NCBI GenBank assembly: GCA_951406725.2
Contig: OX597830.1
Coordinates: 79,794,001 to 79,858,000 of the forward strand
Source of the DNA: Octopus vulgaris
Lineage: Eukaryota
Direction of reading: 5' to 3'
DNA length: 64,000 nt
Positions 25,000-38,490 of the stretch are shown in pieces. Each line of letters begins with the position of its first letter. The first letter of the stretch is position 1. The translations under genes were made by a program, and so were the position numbers. The notes beneath the pieces were generated by a model. That model made no database searches, had not been told where the DNA came from, and saw only the letters and a program-made list of their open reading frames with translations.

Positions 25000-25136
25000 C
25001 TTTGAGAAAAAGAGACGAAAAGAAAAAAATGTTATGAACAATGGTGAGAACTGTTTTGCATTCCATTTAAGATAAACACATATTATTATGAATAAGAAAT
25101 ATTAAAGGGAATATGGTGCATACAGAGAATATTATA

Positions 25137-25703
25137 TTGGGTTGTCTGGAAAGTTTGTGCTGATTTGTAGTAGCTTACCTTTCGACTTATTTTAGAACAT
25201 GGTTGAGTCCATAAAATAGGATTTGACTACACCTCCATTTAGAGCACAGTTTAAGCTATCTTTTCGTGGAAGAAGGTTTATGTTCCTATAACCTGTGTTA
25301 ATTCTGTAACCCTTTAAAATGGAAGATAAAAAAGTTCATTTTCGGCACTTGATGCTTTGGGAACCAAACAAAAATTGCTGCAGCTCGGCTGGGATGTGTT
25401 ACCCCACCCTCCATATTCACCAGATATTGCTCCTTTGGATTTCCACTTATTCAGGTCTCTGCAGTATAGTCTTAATGGTAAAAATTTCAATTCCTTGGAT
25501 GACGTAAAAAAGATACCTTAATGAATTCTTTGCTATGAAACTACCTCAATTCTGGGAAGAGGGTACTTTCAAGTTAAAGGAAAGATGGAGACGCATTGTG
25601 CAACAAAATGGTTCATATTTGGTTGATTAAAAATGTAATGGCAAGTATTTATTGACCTTTTTCTTTCTTTTAAAAATCGGCATGAACTTTCCGGACAACC
25701 CAA
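25137..25703 (+). mobile_element. Internally deleted mariner (Tc1/mariner) element
   Basis: TA-ttgggttgtctggaaagtt ... aactttccggacaacccaa-TA. N-terminal MEDKKVHFRHLMLWE is fused to C-terminal LGWDVLPHPPYSPDIAP.DFHLFRSLQ...QQNGSYLVD*. Confidence 0.92.
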
Positions 25704-26374
25704 TAGTTACATATTACATTCATGCTAGAAACAATGAAGTTTTAAAACGGTTTGAATAATTAAAAAGATTGCTTTGGTACAATGGCAGAACATCTGTCAT
25801 GATAACAGGAGATGAAGGTTTGCGTCCCATGAGCCACCGTCAATATTTTCTATCCACAAGGATTTTAAACCAATATTTAGAGGCTATTATTTATAGCTTT
25901 ATCTGCTTTGAGACCCACCCTTCCTAAAAAAGAATTATATTTTTGTTTATTCAAGACGTATTCCACTACAGTATGACATGATATGAGTAGTTTCATGGGA
26001 AAGCTCAGTATCAGCGCTTCGTTTTGATAGCCGTTTATAGTAAACTTATATAGTACCCCTACAAACAGGGTAAATGTATCTATTACTCCATTGATTGGAT
26101 AAATGGTGAACAACTTTAACCCTCTAGCATTCAGATTACTTATTTAATACTTATTTATTCATATTTCAGAAAGGTTTAAATTCAGGATATACAAGATCCA
26201 AATTTTGAATGAAGTGCAAAAGTTCGTATTACCATAACAAATTCTTCTGCAGGTTACAGAGAAATTTATAGAGAGTGAAAAAAGGCTTCTTCTAGAAGCA
26301 AACAACTCTATATTTGGTTTTTAAACAGAAATCTAGAAGTCCGTCTACGAGTGCTTGTGAATCAGCGATCGGGT

Positions 26375-29300
26375 CTACAAGTGATGGTGTGCGCGAGTCT
26401 AGTGCGAGTAAAAGGGATTCAGAAAACGATTATAATAATATCTTTTATTAGAAATGATCTCGACATTCTTTTCACTTTACATAAAATATTCTTTACATTT
26501 ACGGAGATGTATTTGCATAGCAAGTGACTTGATCTGAGATCGTGTGCTAAAACAAAAAAAAGACAATTGCAGCTTGGAAGATATTTGTAAGCCATCCAAG
26601 AACACACAAAAACCGTTAATTTAATTTTCATTAGTGTCAAAATATTTTCTTCGTCTTGAAAACCACGACCTGTTTGTTCACTGACAAAACTTGGTGCTTA
26701 TTGCCATTTATTGACGAGTATTATATATTTTATAGAGAAAATATTTTTCTGGGAACGAATTACGGTTTATAACATTGCTACTATGGAAAATTATTGCTCT
26801 GCTTTACGAGTTTTTGTTTTAGGAGCGGTTTCCGAGTACAAATTAACTCGTATATCGAGGCCTTACTATATTTAAAAATTATTCTTTGTATAATTTTGTA
26901 GGAAAAGTAATTAAAGGGAAACAACTCTTGTCAACCTGTTCCTGCTCTTAAGAGATTCGCAATATTAATTTTTGGCTTCGTTCTAACAATTCTTCAACTT
27001 TCTTTAGATGTGTTTGGTTAGTGGAGACAAAATTAAATTTCTTTACACCAATCAAGTCGGGAAAATTTAGAAAAAAAAGAAAGAAAAGAGAAATTAAGAA
27101 TTATGAGGGAAAATAACACGCTTAATAATAATAATAATAATATATTCCTAATATTCGTTTCAAATTTTAGCACAAGGCCAATAATTTATGATGAGTGAAT
27201 AAGTCGAATACATCGACCTCAGTACATGACTGGTACCTATTTTATCGACCCTGAAAGGAATAAAAGGCAAAGTCGACCTTGGCGAAATTTGAACTCAGAA
27301 CGTAAAAACGAACGAAATGTTGCTAAGTATTTCGTCCGGCGTGCTAACGATTTTGTTAGCTCGCCCGCTTTTAAATATACGCCAGACAAAATGATTAACA
27401 GTATTTCGTCTGTCTTTATGTTCCGAGTTCAAATTCCACCGAGGATGACTTTGCTTTTCATCCCTTCGGGGTCGCTAAAATAAGTACCAGTTGAGTACTG
27501 GAGTCAGTGTAATAGACTTAACTACTCCATCGAAATGCTGGCCTTGTGCGAAAAATCTGAAACCAAAATTTATATATTTAAAGGCGGCAAGTAGGTAAAA
27601 TCGTTATGGCGCCGGGGAAAATGCTTAGCGACGTTTCTTCCGACTTTGCGTTCTGAGTTCAAAGACCGTCGGGATCGGCTTTGCTTTTCATCCTTTCGGG
27701 GTCGATAAAATAAACACGAGTTGAACACTGTAGTCGATGTAACTGGCCTTGTGCCAAAATTTGAAGCCAATATATATATTCTTGCTGGCGAATAGTTTTG
27801 CGAACATATTCCACGGTCCTTCGTAAAATTATGAATGATTCATTAAAGCGAGTCTCTGGCTCGTTTCTTCGTTGTCGACTCCGCTGATATCTGAGAGTCT
27901 ACAAGTGATGGTGTGCGCGAGTCAAGTGCGAGTAAAAGTGATTCAGAAAACGATTATAATAATATTTCTTTTATTACAAATGATCTCGACATTCTTTTCA
28001 CTTTACATAAAATATTCTTTACATTTACGGAGATGTATTTGCATAGCAAGTGACTTGATCTGAGATCGTGTGCTAAAACAAAAAAACAATTGCAGCTTGG
28101 AAGATATTTGTAAGCCATCCAAGAACACACAAAAACCGTTAATTTAATTTTCATTCGTGTCAAAATATTTTCTTCGTCTTGAAAACCACGACCTGTTTGT
28201 TCACTGACAAAACTTGGTGCTTATTGCCATTTATTGACGAGTATTATATATTTTATAGATAAAATATTTTTCTGGGAACGAATTACGGTTTATAACATTG
28301 CTACTATGGAAAATTATTGCTCTGCTTTACGAGTTTTTGTTTTAGGAGCGGTTTCCGAGTACAAATTAACTCGTATATGGAGGCCTTACTATATTTAAAA
28401 ATTATTCTTTGCATAATTTTGTAGGAAAAGCAATTAAAGGGAAACAACTCTTGTCAACCTGTTCCTGCTCTTAAGAGATTCGCAATATTAATTTTTGGCT
28501 TCGTTCTAACAATTCTTCAACTTTCTTTAGATGTGTTTGGTTAGTGGAGACAAAATTAAATTTCTTTACGTCAATCAAGTCGGGAAAATTTAGAAAAAAA
28601 AAAAAAAAAGAGAAATTAAGAATTATGAGGGAAAATAACACGCTAATTAATAATAATAATAATATATTCCTAATATTCGTTTCAAATTTTAGCACAAGGC
28701 CAATAATTTATGATGAGTGATTAAGTCGAATACATCGACCTCAGTACATGACTGGTACTTATTTTATCGACCCTGAAAGGAATAAAAGGAAAAGTCGACC
28801 TTGGCGAAATTTGAACTCAGAACGTAAAAACGAACGAAATGCCGCTAAGCATTTCGTCCGGCGTGCTAACGATTTTGTTAGCTCGCCCGCCTTTAAATAT
28901 ACGCCGGATAAAATGATTAACAGTATTTCGTCTGTCTTTATGTTCCAAGTTCAGATTCCACCGAGGATGACTTTGCTTTTCATCCCTTCGGGGTCGCTAA
29001 AATAAGTACCAGTTGAGTACTGGAGTCAGTGTAATAGACTTAACTACTCCATCGAAATGCTGGCCTTGTGCGAAAAATCTGAAACTAAAATTTATATATT
29101 TAAAGGCGGCAAGTAGGTAAAATCGTTATGGCGCCGGGGAAAATGCTTAGCGTCGTTTCTTCAGACTTTGCGTTCTGAGTTCAAAGACCGTCGGGATCGG
29201 CTTTGCTTTTCATCCTTTCGGGGTCGATAAAATAAACACGAGTTGAACACTGTAGTCGATGTAACTGGCCTTGTGCCAAAATTTGAAGCCAATATATATA

Positions 29301-32058
29301 TTCTTGCTGGCGAATAGTTTTGCGAACATATTCCACGGTCCTTCGTAAAATTATGAATGATTCATTAAAGCGAGTCTCTGTCTCGTTTCTTCGTTGTCGA
29401 CTCCGCTGATATCTGAGAGAGTGATGCGCGAGTCTAGTGCGAGTAAAAGTGATTCAGAAAACGATTATAATAATATTTCTTTTATTACAAATGATCTTGA
29501 CATTCTTTTCACTTTACATAAAATATTCTTTACATTTACGGAGATGTATTTGCATAGCAAGTGACTTGATCTGAGATCGTGTGCTAAAACAAAAAAAAAC
29601 AATTGCAGCATGGAAGATATTTGTAAGCCATCCAAGAACACACAAAAACCGTTAATTTAATTTTCATTAGTGTCAAAATATTTTCTTCGTCTTGAAAACC
29701 ACGACCTGTTTGTTCACTGACAAAACTTGGTGCTTATTGCCATTTATTGACGAGTATTATATATTTTTCTGGGAACGAATTACGGTTTATAACATTGCTA
29801 CTATGGAAAATTATTGCTCTGCTTTACGAGTTTTTGTTTTAGGAGCGGTTTCCGAGTACAAATTAACTCGTATATCGAGGCCTTACTATATTTAAAAATT
29901 ATTCTGTGCTTAATTTTGTAGGAAAAGCAATTAAAGGGAAACAACTCTTGTCAACCTGTTCCTGCTCATAAGAGATTCGCAATATTAATTTTTGGCTTCG
30001 TTCTAACAATTCTTCAACTTTCTTTAGATGTGTTTGGTTAGTGGAGACAAAATTAAATTTCTTTACACCAATCAAGTCGGGAAAATTTAGAAAAAAAAAA
30101 AAAGAAAAGAGAAATTAAGAATTATGAGGGAAAATAACACGCTTGATAATAATAATAATATATTCCTAATATTCGTTTCAAAATTTAGCACAAGGCCAAT
30201 AATTTATGATGAGTGAATAAGTCGAATACATCGACCTCAGTACATGACTGGTACCTATTTTATCGACCCTGAAAGGAATAAAAGGCAAAGTCGACCTTGG
30301 CGAAATTTGAACTCAGAACGTAAAAACGAACGAAATGCCGCTAAGTATTTCGTCCGGCGTGCAAACGATTTTGTTAGCTCGCCCGCTTTTAAATATACGC
30401 CAGACAAAATGATTAACAGTATTTCGTCTGTCTTTATGTTCCGAGTTCAAATTCCACCGAGGATGACTTTGCTTTTCATCCCTTCGGGGTCGCTAAAATA
30501 AGTACCAGTTGAGTACTGGAGTCAGTGTAATAGACTTAACTACTCCATCGAAATGCTGGCCTTGTGCGAAAAATCTGAAACTAAAATTTATATATTTAAA
30601 GGCGGCAAGTAGGTAAAATCGTTATGGCGCCGGGGAAAATGCTTAGCGACGTTTCTTCAGACTTTGCGTTCTGAGTTCAAAGACCGTCGGGATCGGCTTT
30701 GCCTTTCATCCTTTCGGGGTCGATAAAATAAACACGAGTTGAACACTGTAGTCGATGTAACTGGCCTTGTGCCAAAATTTGAAGCCAATATATATATTCT
30801 TGCTGGCGAATAGTTTTGCGAACATATTCCACGGTCCTTCGTAAAATTATGAATGATTCATTAAAGCGAGTCTCTGTCTCGTTTCTTCGTTGTCGACTCC
30901 GCTGATATCTGAGAGTCTACAAGTGATGGTGTGCGCGAGTCAAGTGCGAGTAAAAGTGATTCAGAAAACGATTATAATAATATTTTTTTTATTACAAATG
31001 ATCTTGACATTCTTTTCACTTTACATAAAATATTCTTTACATTTACGGAGATGTATTTGCATAGCAAGTGACTTGATCTGAGATCGTGTGCTAAAACAAA
31101 AAAACAATTGCAGCATGGAAGATATTTGTAAGCCATCCAAGAACACACAAAAACCGTTAATTTAATTTTCATTCGTGTCAAAATATTTTCTTCGTCTTGA
31201 AAACCACGACCTGTTTGTTCACTGACAAAACTTGGTGCTTATTGCCATTTATTGACGAGTATTATATATTTTATAGAGAAAATATTTTTCTGGGAACGAA
31301 TTACGGTTTATAACATTGCTACTATGGAAAATTATTGCTCTGCTTTACGAGTTTTTGTTTTAGGAGCGGTTTCCGAGTACAAATTAACTCGTATATGGAG
31401 GCCTTACTATATTTAAAAATTATTCTTTGCATAATTTTGTAGGAAAAGCAATTAAAGGGAAATAACTCTTGTCAACCTGTTCCTGCTCTTAAGAGATTCG
31501 CAATATTAATTTTTGGCTTCGTTCTAACAATTCTTCAACTTTCTTTAGATGTGTTTGGTTAGTGGAGACAAAATTAAATTTCTTTACACTAATCAAGTCG
31601 GGAAAATTAAGAAAAAAAAAAGAAAAGAGAAATTAAGAATTATGAGGGAAAATAACACGCTTAATAATAATAATAATAATAATAATATATTCCTAATATT
31701 CGTTTCAAATTTTAGCACAAGGCCAATAATTTATGATGAGTGAATAAGTCGAATATATCGACCTCAGTATGACTGGTACTTATTTTATCGACCCTGAAAG
31801 GAATAAAAGGCAAAGTCGACCTTGGCGAAATTTGAACTCAGAACGTAAAAAGGAACGAAATGTCGCTAAGCATTTCGTCCGGCGTGCTAACGATTTTGTT
31901 AGCTCGCCCGCTTTTAAATATACGCCAGACAAAATGATTAACAGTATTTCGTCTGTCTTTATGTTCCGAGTTCAAATTCCACCGGGGTCGACTTTGCTTT
32001 TCATCCCTTCGGGGTCGCTAAAATAAGTACCAGTTGAGTACTGGAGTCAGTGTAATAG
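26375..32058 (-). repeat. ~1.5-kb tandem repeat array (about 3.7 units), inverted relative to 1-2683
   Basis: Marker ORF at 27226, 28748, 30244 and 31769 (periods 1522, 1496, 1525). Confidence 0.95.
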
Positions 32059-33005
32059 AAAACTAATAAGAAGAGTACAGTAGGCGGTGGAAAAAGCCAG
32101 CTTCTATCTATGGCTGAAGCGGGAAGACCGAAAATGGCTTGAAAGTCATAACATGCCGGCAGGAAATAACATCACTAGGCGAGACAAGCTGACACTGAAT
32201 CAGCTTCGCTGAATGACAGGTGACGGTCGTTTAGAGAATGCGAGGGCTAAAACTACGCTCCTTCACTAGTCAGTTAAGGTGAGACAGTATCACGTGACAA
32301 CTTGCTGGGGCTGCAAGCTGGAGACTGGCGGCAGGTATTTAAAGGGGAAAATTTGACAAGTTAGTCAGTGACCGGCTGGCACTCGCTGACGATACATCGA
32401 AGAGGCCAGGAAACAAAAGAAAGAAGACACTTCCGAAAGGGGCCGGGCCCCTCCACGTCAAAACAGTAGAGGAGTAGGGGCCGAAACCGGACGTGGTTCC
32501 TCCTGATGATGTCTTGAGCTAACTGGATCCTATAAAGGAGCTGTTGTGGTAGCAGACAACGAAACACGGTTGTAATTCCCCCCACAAAATGTACACACGC
32601 ACCAACACACATAGCATACACCCCTTCAAAATATATACACACACCATAATATACACCCCAAATAATATACACAGACCAACTCACATAGCACACACTCCCA
32701 CATAATACACACACACACGCAAACAATATAGAAACACAGCAACACACATACCATAAACACCTCCACAAAATATACACATTAACCAACAAACAGAGCATAC
32801 ACACTCACATAATATGCACACAACGGACGCACATAGCATGCACACACACAAACTGTACACGCATACCAATACACATAACAAACATACACACCTAAAACAC
32901 ATACACACCAACAAACAGAGCATATAATCTCATATAATATGCACACATAGCACCCCCCACCCATACACAATATGCACACAGACCAACATACATTCATACA
33001 GCCCC
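32059..33005. other. Unclassified GC-richer repeat with hammerhead-like boxes, followed by a degenerate CA-rich tract; mirror 60430-61380
   Basis: tatttaaag followed by ctgacga..gaaac, ggcccct..aggggcc-gaaac and ctgatga-tgtct..agaca-ac-gaaac; stem I pairing not evident. Confidence 0.35.
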
Positions 33006-33009
33006 TCAT

Positions 33010-34112
33010 GATATGATGGAAGTCTGTTGGGGTTCGACAGTGACATCAGTGACACCAGAGGTGAGAGCGGAACCCAAAGGCGGACGCGCAGACGTGGCCA
33101 CATGTTGGGCACGTAACAGCAGAAGTAGGATTGGAGATCCTCTCTTTTCGGGCTTGCCGCTTCTGGTCCAGGCTCTTGAGGCGCTTTTCCTCGAACAGCC
33201 TAACACCCTTTTGGACAGCTGGACGCCAGGTGCTGCGGTCAGAGGCAAGCGATTCTTAGCCACGAGCTGAAATGCCGCAGGCCTCAAGGGAAGTTTTCAG
33301 ACTGTCCTTGTATCGCCCCAGTGGCCTTCCAGGGTTTCTTACTCCAGAAGCCAGCTCAGAGAAGAAGATCATCTTTGGTAGATGCGCATCGTCCATTCGG
33401 ACTACATGTCCGACCCACTAGAGTTGGGCCTTCATGATGAGGGCTTCGATCCCGGGCATTTAGGCTCTGCAAAGCACCTCAGTGTTGGAGACTCTGTCCT
33501 CCCAGGAAATTCACATGATTCGTCGCAAGCAGCAGAGATGGAACTAGTCAAGTACTCGCATTTGTCTCCTATACAGCATCCATGTCCCACAGTCGTAGAG
33601 CAGAGAGGTGATGACGACTGCCGTATAGACTGCCAGCTTGGTGGAAAGTCTAACGCTTCGTTCGGCCCACACACATGTCCAAAGTCTGCCAAACGAAGCT
33701 CCTGCTTTTGCAAGCCTCATGGAGACATGTTTGTCCATGCTGCAGCTTGAGGACAGACAGCTTCCCAGGTATGTAAAGCTCTCCACGTTGTTCAGGGTTG
33801 TGCCCTCAATCTAATCTGAGACTCAGGAGGTGTCATGCCAGGTGCAGGCTGAAGCATCATTTCAGTGTTTCGCAGGCTAAAGGTCAGTCCGAAGGCTTTT
33901 GCTGCTTCTGCGAGACAAGTGTCAAGTTCTTGCAGCAGGTCTGGTTCATTCAATGCTGCAAGCGCACAATCGTCTGCAAACAGGAAGTCTCTCACTACGG
34001 CGCCCAGGACTTTGGTTTTTGCCTTCAGACGTCTGAGGTCAAAGAATCGGCCGTCACATCTGTAGCGAATAGTGACACCAGCATCAGACTTTGATAGGGC
34101 GCGGAAGAGCAT
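33010..34112 (-). mobile_element. RTE-clade LINE, 3' part (RT C-terminus and C2H2 finger); mirror 59325-60427 (+)
   Basis: IRYRCDGRFFDLRRLKAKTK, RDFLFADDCAL, FTYLGS and CPTCGHVCASAFGFRSHLWCH*; frameshifted. Confidence 0.9.
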
Positions 34113-34139
34113 GGCTCTCGAGTGCTACAGGTACCATGT

Positions 34140-35550
34140 AGCCCAGTACCACACGTTCCATGGTCGGGTCGTCGGCGACTAAACTGCCAACTCCACCAGG
34201 CTTGCTTGGTAAGGTCGGTGCTTGTTGAACACCCTACGGGACAAAAAAGTAAGACCTGTAAAAGAGTGGAGGAACTACAACGTAGTCAACGGCCATTCAA
34301 CTATGTGTGTTTGTGGGGTGTTTGTGTGTGTGTTGAATTTTGGACTCCTGTGTGTATGTATTGTATATACTGAGTTCTTTCTTTTTTAAATTGTATATAT
34401 CGTTTAGGCAGTGGGCAGGTCCTTCTGGTCCTGTACGGGTAGTGAGATGTTCCCGCTCTCCAAGAGTCTCCTGCTGCCTTGCGGGTAGGTTTTTTTTGGT
34501 TAATCAAAGGCTAGGGAGTAAACCGTATCCAAAGCCGAAGTGGCGCCCCTAAGGCGGTTAGGTAATGAAGTCCATCATCTCCAGCAGCGCCTGCAGTCCA
34601 GTCGTGGCTAGGATGTATCGTCCTGCGTCCCTCCTGGCTAGATCAGCTGGACCGAGAGGGGGTGGGGTGGGCTTGCGCAACCCAAGGCCTCCACAGTTCC
34701 CTTGCCCAGGATTCAGTGACTCCACCCCCTCTACTTCTTCTTCTTCCAAATCCTGAGGCGATGGGCGCGTGGTGGTGGTGGCAGATGCAGGATAGCGCTG
34801 GGAGCTGCTAGCCATGTACCTACACTCGGGTTGTCGTTCTGCAACCTACTGGGCAAGGGCATAGTTCGGCAGCCACTCTGACGACGGAGCAGCCCTCTTC
34901 AGGGATATCACTGCTCGCCCCCTTAGGGGGAAGGGTCTAGAAAAGGTGACCTAAAGAAAGCTTGCCTCATCTCATCCTTCCAGCATACCGCCGCTAACTG
35001 GTCATATACCACTCGGACGAAACATGAAAGAAATACGAAAGATGAATCCAAAATCTTCCCGCCCGAAAAGTACTTTATGTGTTGGAACCTGGAGCATCAG
35101 GACACACATGGACAACCAAAACTGTGACAGACCAGAACGTCGAACAGCACTTGTGGGTTGTGAACTGCAGAGATACAGCATTGATGTTGCTGCCCTCAGC
35201 GAGACACGCCTCGCCGTCACGGGGGAGATCACCGAGGCTGGGGCTAGATACACTTTCTTTTGGTCAAGGAAGGCAGCGGATGAACGCAGGGAAGTAAGAG
35301 TTGGCTTTTCCATTCGCACCGCCCTCGTCAAGAACATGGAATCCCTCTCAAGAGGAATCAGCGATCGCCTGATGGTGATGAGAACTCCTCTCCAAGGCAA
35401 GATGCACTGACACTCATCAGTGCTTAAGCTCCAACTGCGACCTACACTCTGGAGCAGAGAGAATTGTTCTATCAGAACCTCACCAAAGTGCTACGGTCAG
35501 TTCCTAAAGAATAGCAAGCTGCTGATACTCGGGGACTTCAATGCCCGTGT
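34140..35550 (+). mobile_element. RTE-clade LINE, 5' UTR and AP endonuclease; mirror 57890-59280 (-)
   Basis: GTWSIRT, RPERRTALV..ELQRYSIDVAALSETR, SDRLMVMR and LLILGDFNARV motifs. Confidence 0.9.
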
Positions 35551-36900
35551 AATGTCAACGTCTTCAGCTGAGAATATATCTTTAAGTGCAAGACGGATTT
35601 TACCAATTACTTTCAGGTTTTGGTTAGAGTTGTGAATTTGCGGGAGAGTGTCACGCTCATTCATACCAGTTTCTTTAATTTTCAGCCATTCTATCAGGAT
35701 TTCATTGCTTAGATCCTCCAGTTCAGTTGGGTCAATTTCTGTTTTACTTTCTTCATCTATTTGATTTTCATCTGCCTTGGTGTTTATGCTTGGTTCAGAG
35801 AGTATTTCACTTTGCTTATAAGTTACATTGACTCTTATTATCATTACCGCATTTTCATCAGACCTGGGTCAGTCTGTAATTATTTCCACAGTAGTATCTT
35901 CTTTACCTGCATCTTCGTTTCTTCTGACGTTGGCAAGGTTGTTACTATATAAGATCTTACTTCAAGATGCTCCTCTCTTCAGTTTAGGTAGGTTTGTTCA
36001 GTATTAGATTTATCTACCAACGACCATTTTTCATTCTTTTTCTTTTGGTTATTTGATGACGAGCTTGGATGGCCATTTGATGGAATATTCCGGTTGTGGG
36101 GCACTTCGAGCTCCTGCGTCATGGAAAGATTTGAACCAGTATCTGATTTTTCACACCCAGTCTGGTCCTCACTGGCGTGCGCGGCCCATGTTGGCTCTGG
36201 TGACGAACGATCCGGTGTGTATATTGCTTTGTTATCTTTGAGGCATGATGCGTTTGGACGTTAATATTAAGGTAGGATCTGTTTGTTTTGCGTTAACATT
36301 TTGAGACAACATGTTCTCTGAATGAAAGCATTGCTCGTAACATCGCTTTTAAAGGCAAACAGATCTGTATTCGTCTGTATGTTTTCGTTGTTGTTGACAG
36401 ATTTATCTCCGGGCATAGTTTCGTTGCAGTTATTTAAAACTTATGAATTATTCACTCTGTGTTAGTTCGAAGAAAATTGTATTGTTATAGTTTTGTTTCG
36501 TTTGCGACACGTGCTGTCATATACTTGTATGTGTGTCCTGTAAATTTCACGTAGTTGTGTAAACATTGGGTGTATGTGTAGTCCTATGGGTATTAATATA
36601 CGAATGCATAGACATTCGAGTGTATGCATAATTAAATCAATTTATGAATTTACTGTTTTCTTCCACTTATATTTTATAATTTGTAAAGTTTTCGACGTTG
36701 ATTTCGCACGTGTCTTTCGCACATCTTTCACTGAGACATCGTACATGGGAGAAACTGTTTTCCTATGGCAGTAAAATTTCGCTTTTTGTGATTATTTTCG
36801 TTATAATGCCGTTTCCTGCAAGTCTTCCGCGGGTTCCTTTTTCCTATTACACTGGTGTTATTAGATTAGATTTGTATTTGTATGGAGAGTCCGGTGTAAC
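35550..36900 (-). mobile_element. Probable 5' UTR and N-terminal region of another non-LTR element (possibly R4-like); mirror 56530-57890 (+)
   Basis: Decayed A-rich reading frame (KKKNEKWS...; NEILIEW.KIKETGMNERDTLPQI) cut at the RTE junction; clade assignment tentative. Confidence 0.45.
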
Positions 36901-36933
36901 ACGCCCATATTGTTATTCAGCGCGGAGCTGACA

Positions 36934-37118
36934 TCTTCTTCTTCTTCTTCTTCTTCTTCTTCTTCTTCTTCTTCTTCTTCTTCTTCTTCTTCTTCTTCTT
37001 CTTCTTCTTCTTCTTCTTCTTCTTCTTCTTCTTCTTCTTCTTCTTCTTCTTCTTCTTCTTCTTCTTCTTCTTCTTCTTCTTCTTCTTCTTCTTCTTCTTC
37101 TTCTTCTTCTTCTTCTTC
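36934..37118. repeat. Pure (CTT)n tract, ~60 units; mirror (GAA)n 56333-56504 is slightly shorter
   Basis: Direct reading. Confidence 0.97.
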
Positions 37119-37243
37119 CTAGTCAAGAGGAAGAGCGCGATGCGACTGCAGTCGATATTTTATTGGTTGAACGATATTTCGACAGATAGCTTGTCTTTGT
37201 CGAGTTCAGAATGAAAAGTGATAAAATTTCAAAATTATAGAAA

Positions 37244-38490
37244 CTAGCTGAACCACCGCCCTCCAGTCGGTCGATTCAGTTACTTACATATCTACACTCC
37301 TGTTTGTAGTTTGAAAGTAAAATGTGAAACCTACTATAATTTTCTTATAGAATTTCCTAATAGACAACTTTGTAAGTGTATATTCCATTCATACCCTTAT
37401 ACTTTGAGTCCAAAGCCAATATATGCTCATTGTTCCCAGAACCGATCGTGCTGTTGGCAACATAGCACTGGCCATGGATGAACATAGGTGTTGGCGGGTA
37501 AATTCCAACTGTTTCTTAAGTCTGACCTTGGGATTTGTCCTTTCAAAAGCCAGTTTCAGAGGAAACTGCTTCCTGGAAAATGAGAACGGATAGTCTTCAG
37601 TGGTGGTCAGTGGAATTCGTGGTATCATTATTCGGATTCCAGCATGTGTCCCATCGGCCACATCTGCTTCAATAAGGTGGTTGTGCAAATTCACGACCAT
37701 ATATCTTGTTCCGTTACAGTGACCTCCTGCTGGATCAAGGTTTCTGAGCAGCATAATTGAAGAGTGCTTCTTCAAAACCAAAATGTATGGTGGAAATCCT
37801 GATGAGTTGAGATCATTGATCAGTTCCGGCGGGAACTCAGTCTCGTTTTCGTATAAAGTATCACAGCTTTGATAAGTTCTACTATATCCTTGTAGAAGTT
37901 TTGACATGACAACTTTATTACTTTTTCAGCAGCCTTGTTTGTAGGAATAATGATGGCTCTGCTGCTTATCCATAGACCCTCTCTATATTTATCCTCAATA
38001 GCCCTGAAGACCACTTCACAAAGATCCTGTAGCTTTGTAGAGTCAATCAAATGCGGTGGGGCTATAGATATTTTGTATTCACAAATTTCTTTATTGAGAG
38101 AAAATGTTCTATTCCCCAGCTGGTCAAGATAGGGTGCGAAAGTAGTGTCAACACCGCAAGAATTTCGGACTCTCATATTGACAGACAACTGAAAGCTTTG
38201 GACATGGTTCCAAATGTATGACTGTTTTAATATGGCATGAACAATCTGGACTCTGTAACCTCTTTGCACCAAGCGCAAGATCTGCTTCCATTCTCCAGAA
38301 AACAAAACAGTCAGACCGCCAAACAGCTTATCTGGTTGTTGTCAAACTTCTCTAGGACTGCGATCAACACAATCATAGACATGCCTCTGGCCCATTGTAA
38401 CCTCGTCAATTACCTCTGGAATCACTTATTTTCATATGGCACATAAATTCTTCTGTAATTCGCAATGGAATACTGCATCTGGATTTGAAC
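37244..38490 (-). mobile_element. Helitron 3' fragment (PIF1-type helicase relic); mirror 54960-56207 (+)
   Basis: GEWKQIL, LSVNMRV, IMLLRNLDPAGGHCNGTR and IPRIPL...FSRKQFPLKLAF motifs; terminal accg...cggt hairpin followed by CTAG|T. Confidence 0.9.

Larger units (their letters stand above)
19479..29000 (-). repeat. Palindrome 1, right arm (carries the 5' half of MDH1B); outer boundary lies inside the tandem array and is approximate
   Basis: Homology with the left arm ends at gagtac(c/t)aaaaatac (12463/19479); unique spacer 12464-19478. Confidence 0.88.

Noticed and set aside
25000-25066. [22 protein letters not shown] as the MDH1B N-terminus
   Set aside because: It crosses a polypyrimidine tract and AG acceptor and has no resemblance to MDH1B; cannot be fully excluded without cDNA.
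27900-28065. C/D box snoRNA in the array unit (atgatct...ctga)
   Set aside because: The C box is imperfect, and I found no convincing terminal stem or recognisable guide.
34560-34760. HDV-like ribozyme in the RTE 5' UTR
   Set aside because: Could not assemble the nested double pseudoknot by eye; needs a descriptor search.
36910-37126. Poly-Ser and poly-Lys ORFs (also 56325-56529), and poly-S/P/M ORFs at 11771-12254 and 19691-19969
   Set aside because: Trinucleotide repeats with no coding context.
37389-38305. Host PIF1 helicase gene
   Set aside because: Intronless, frameshifted, and ending in a Helitron hairpin plus CTAG terminus.
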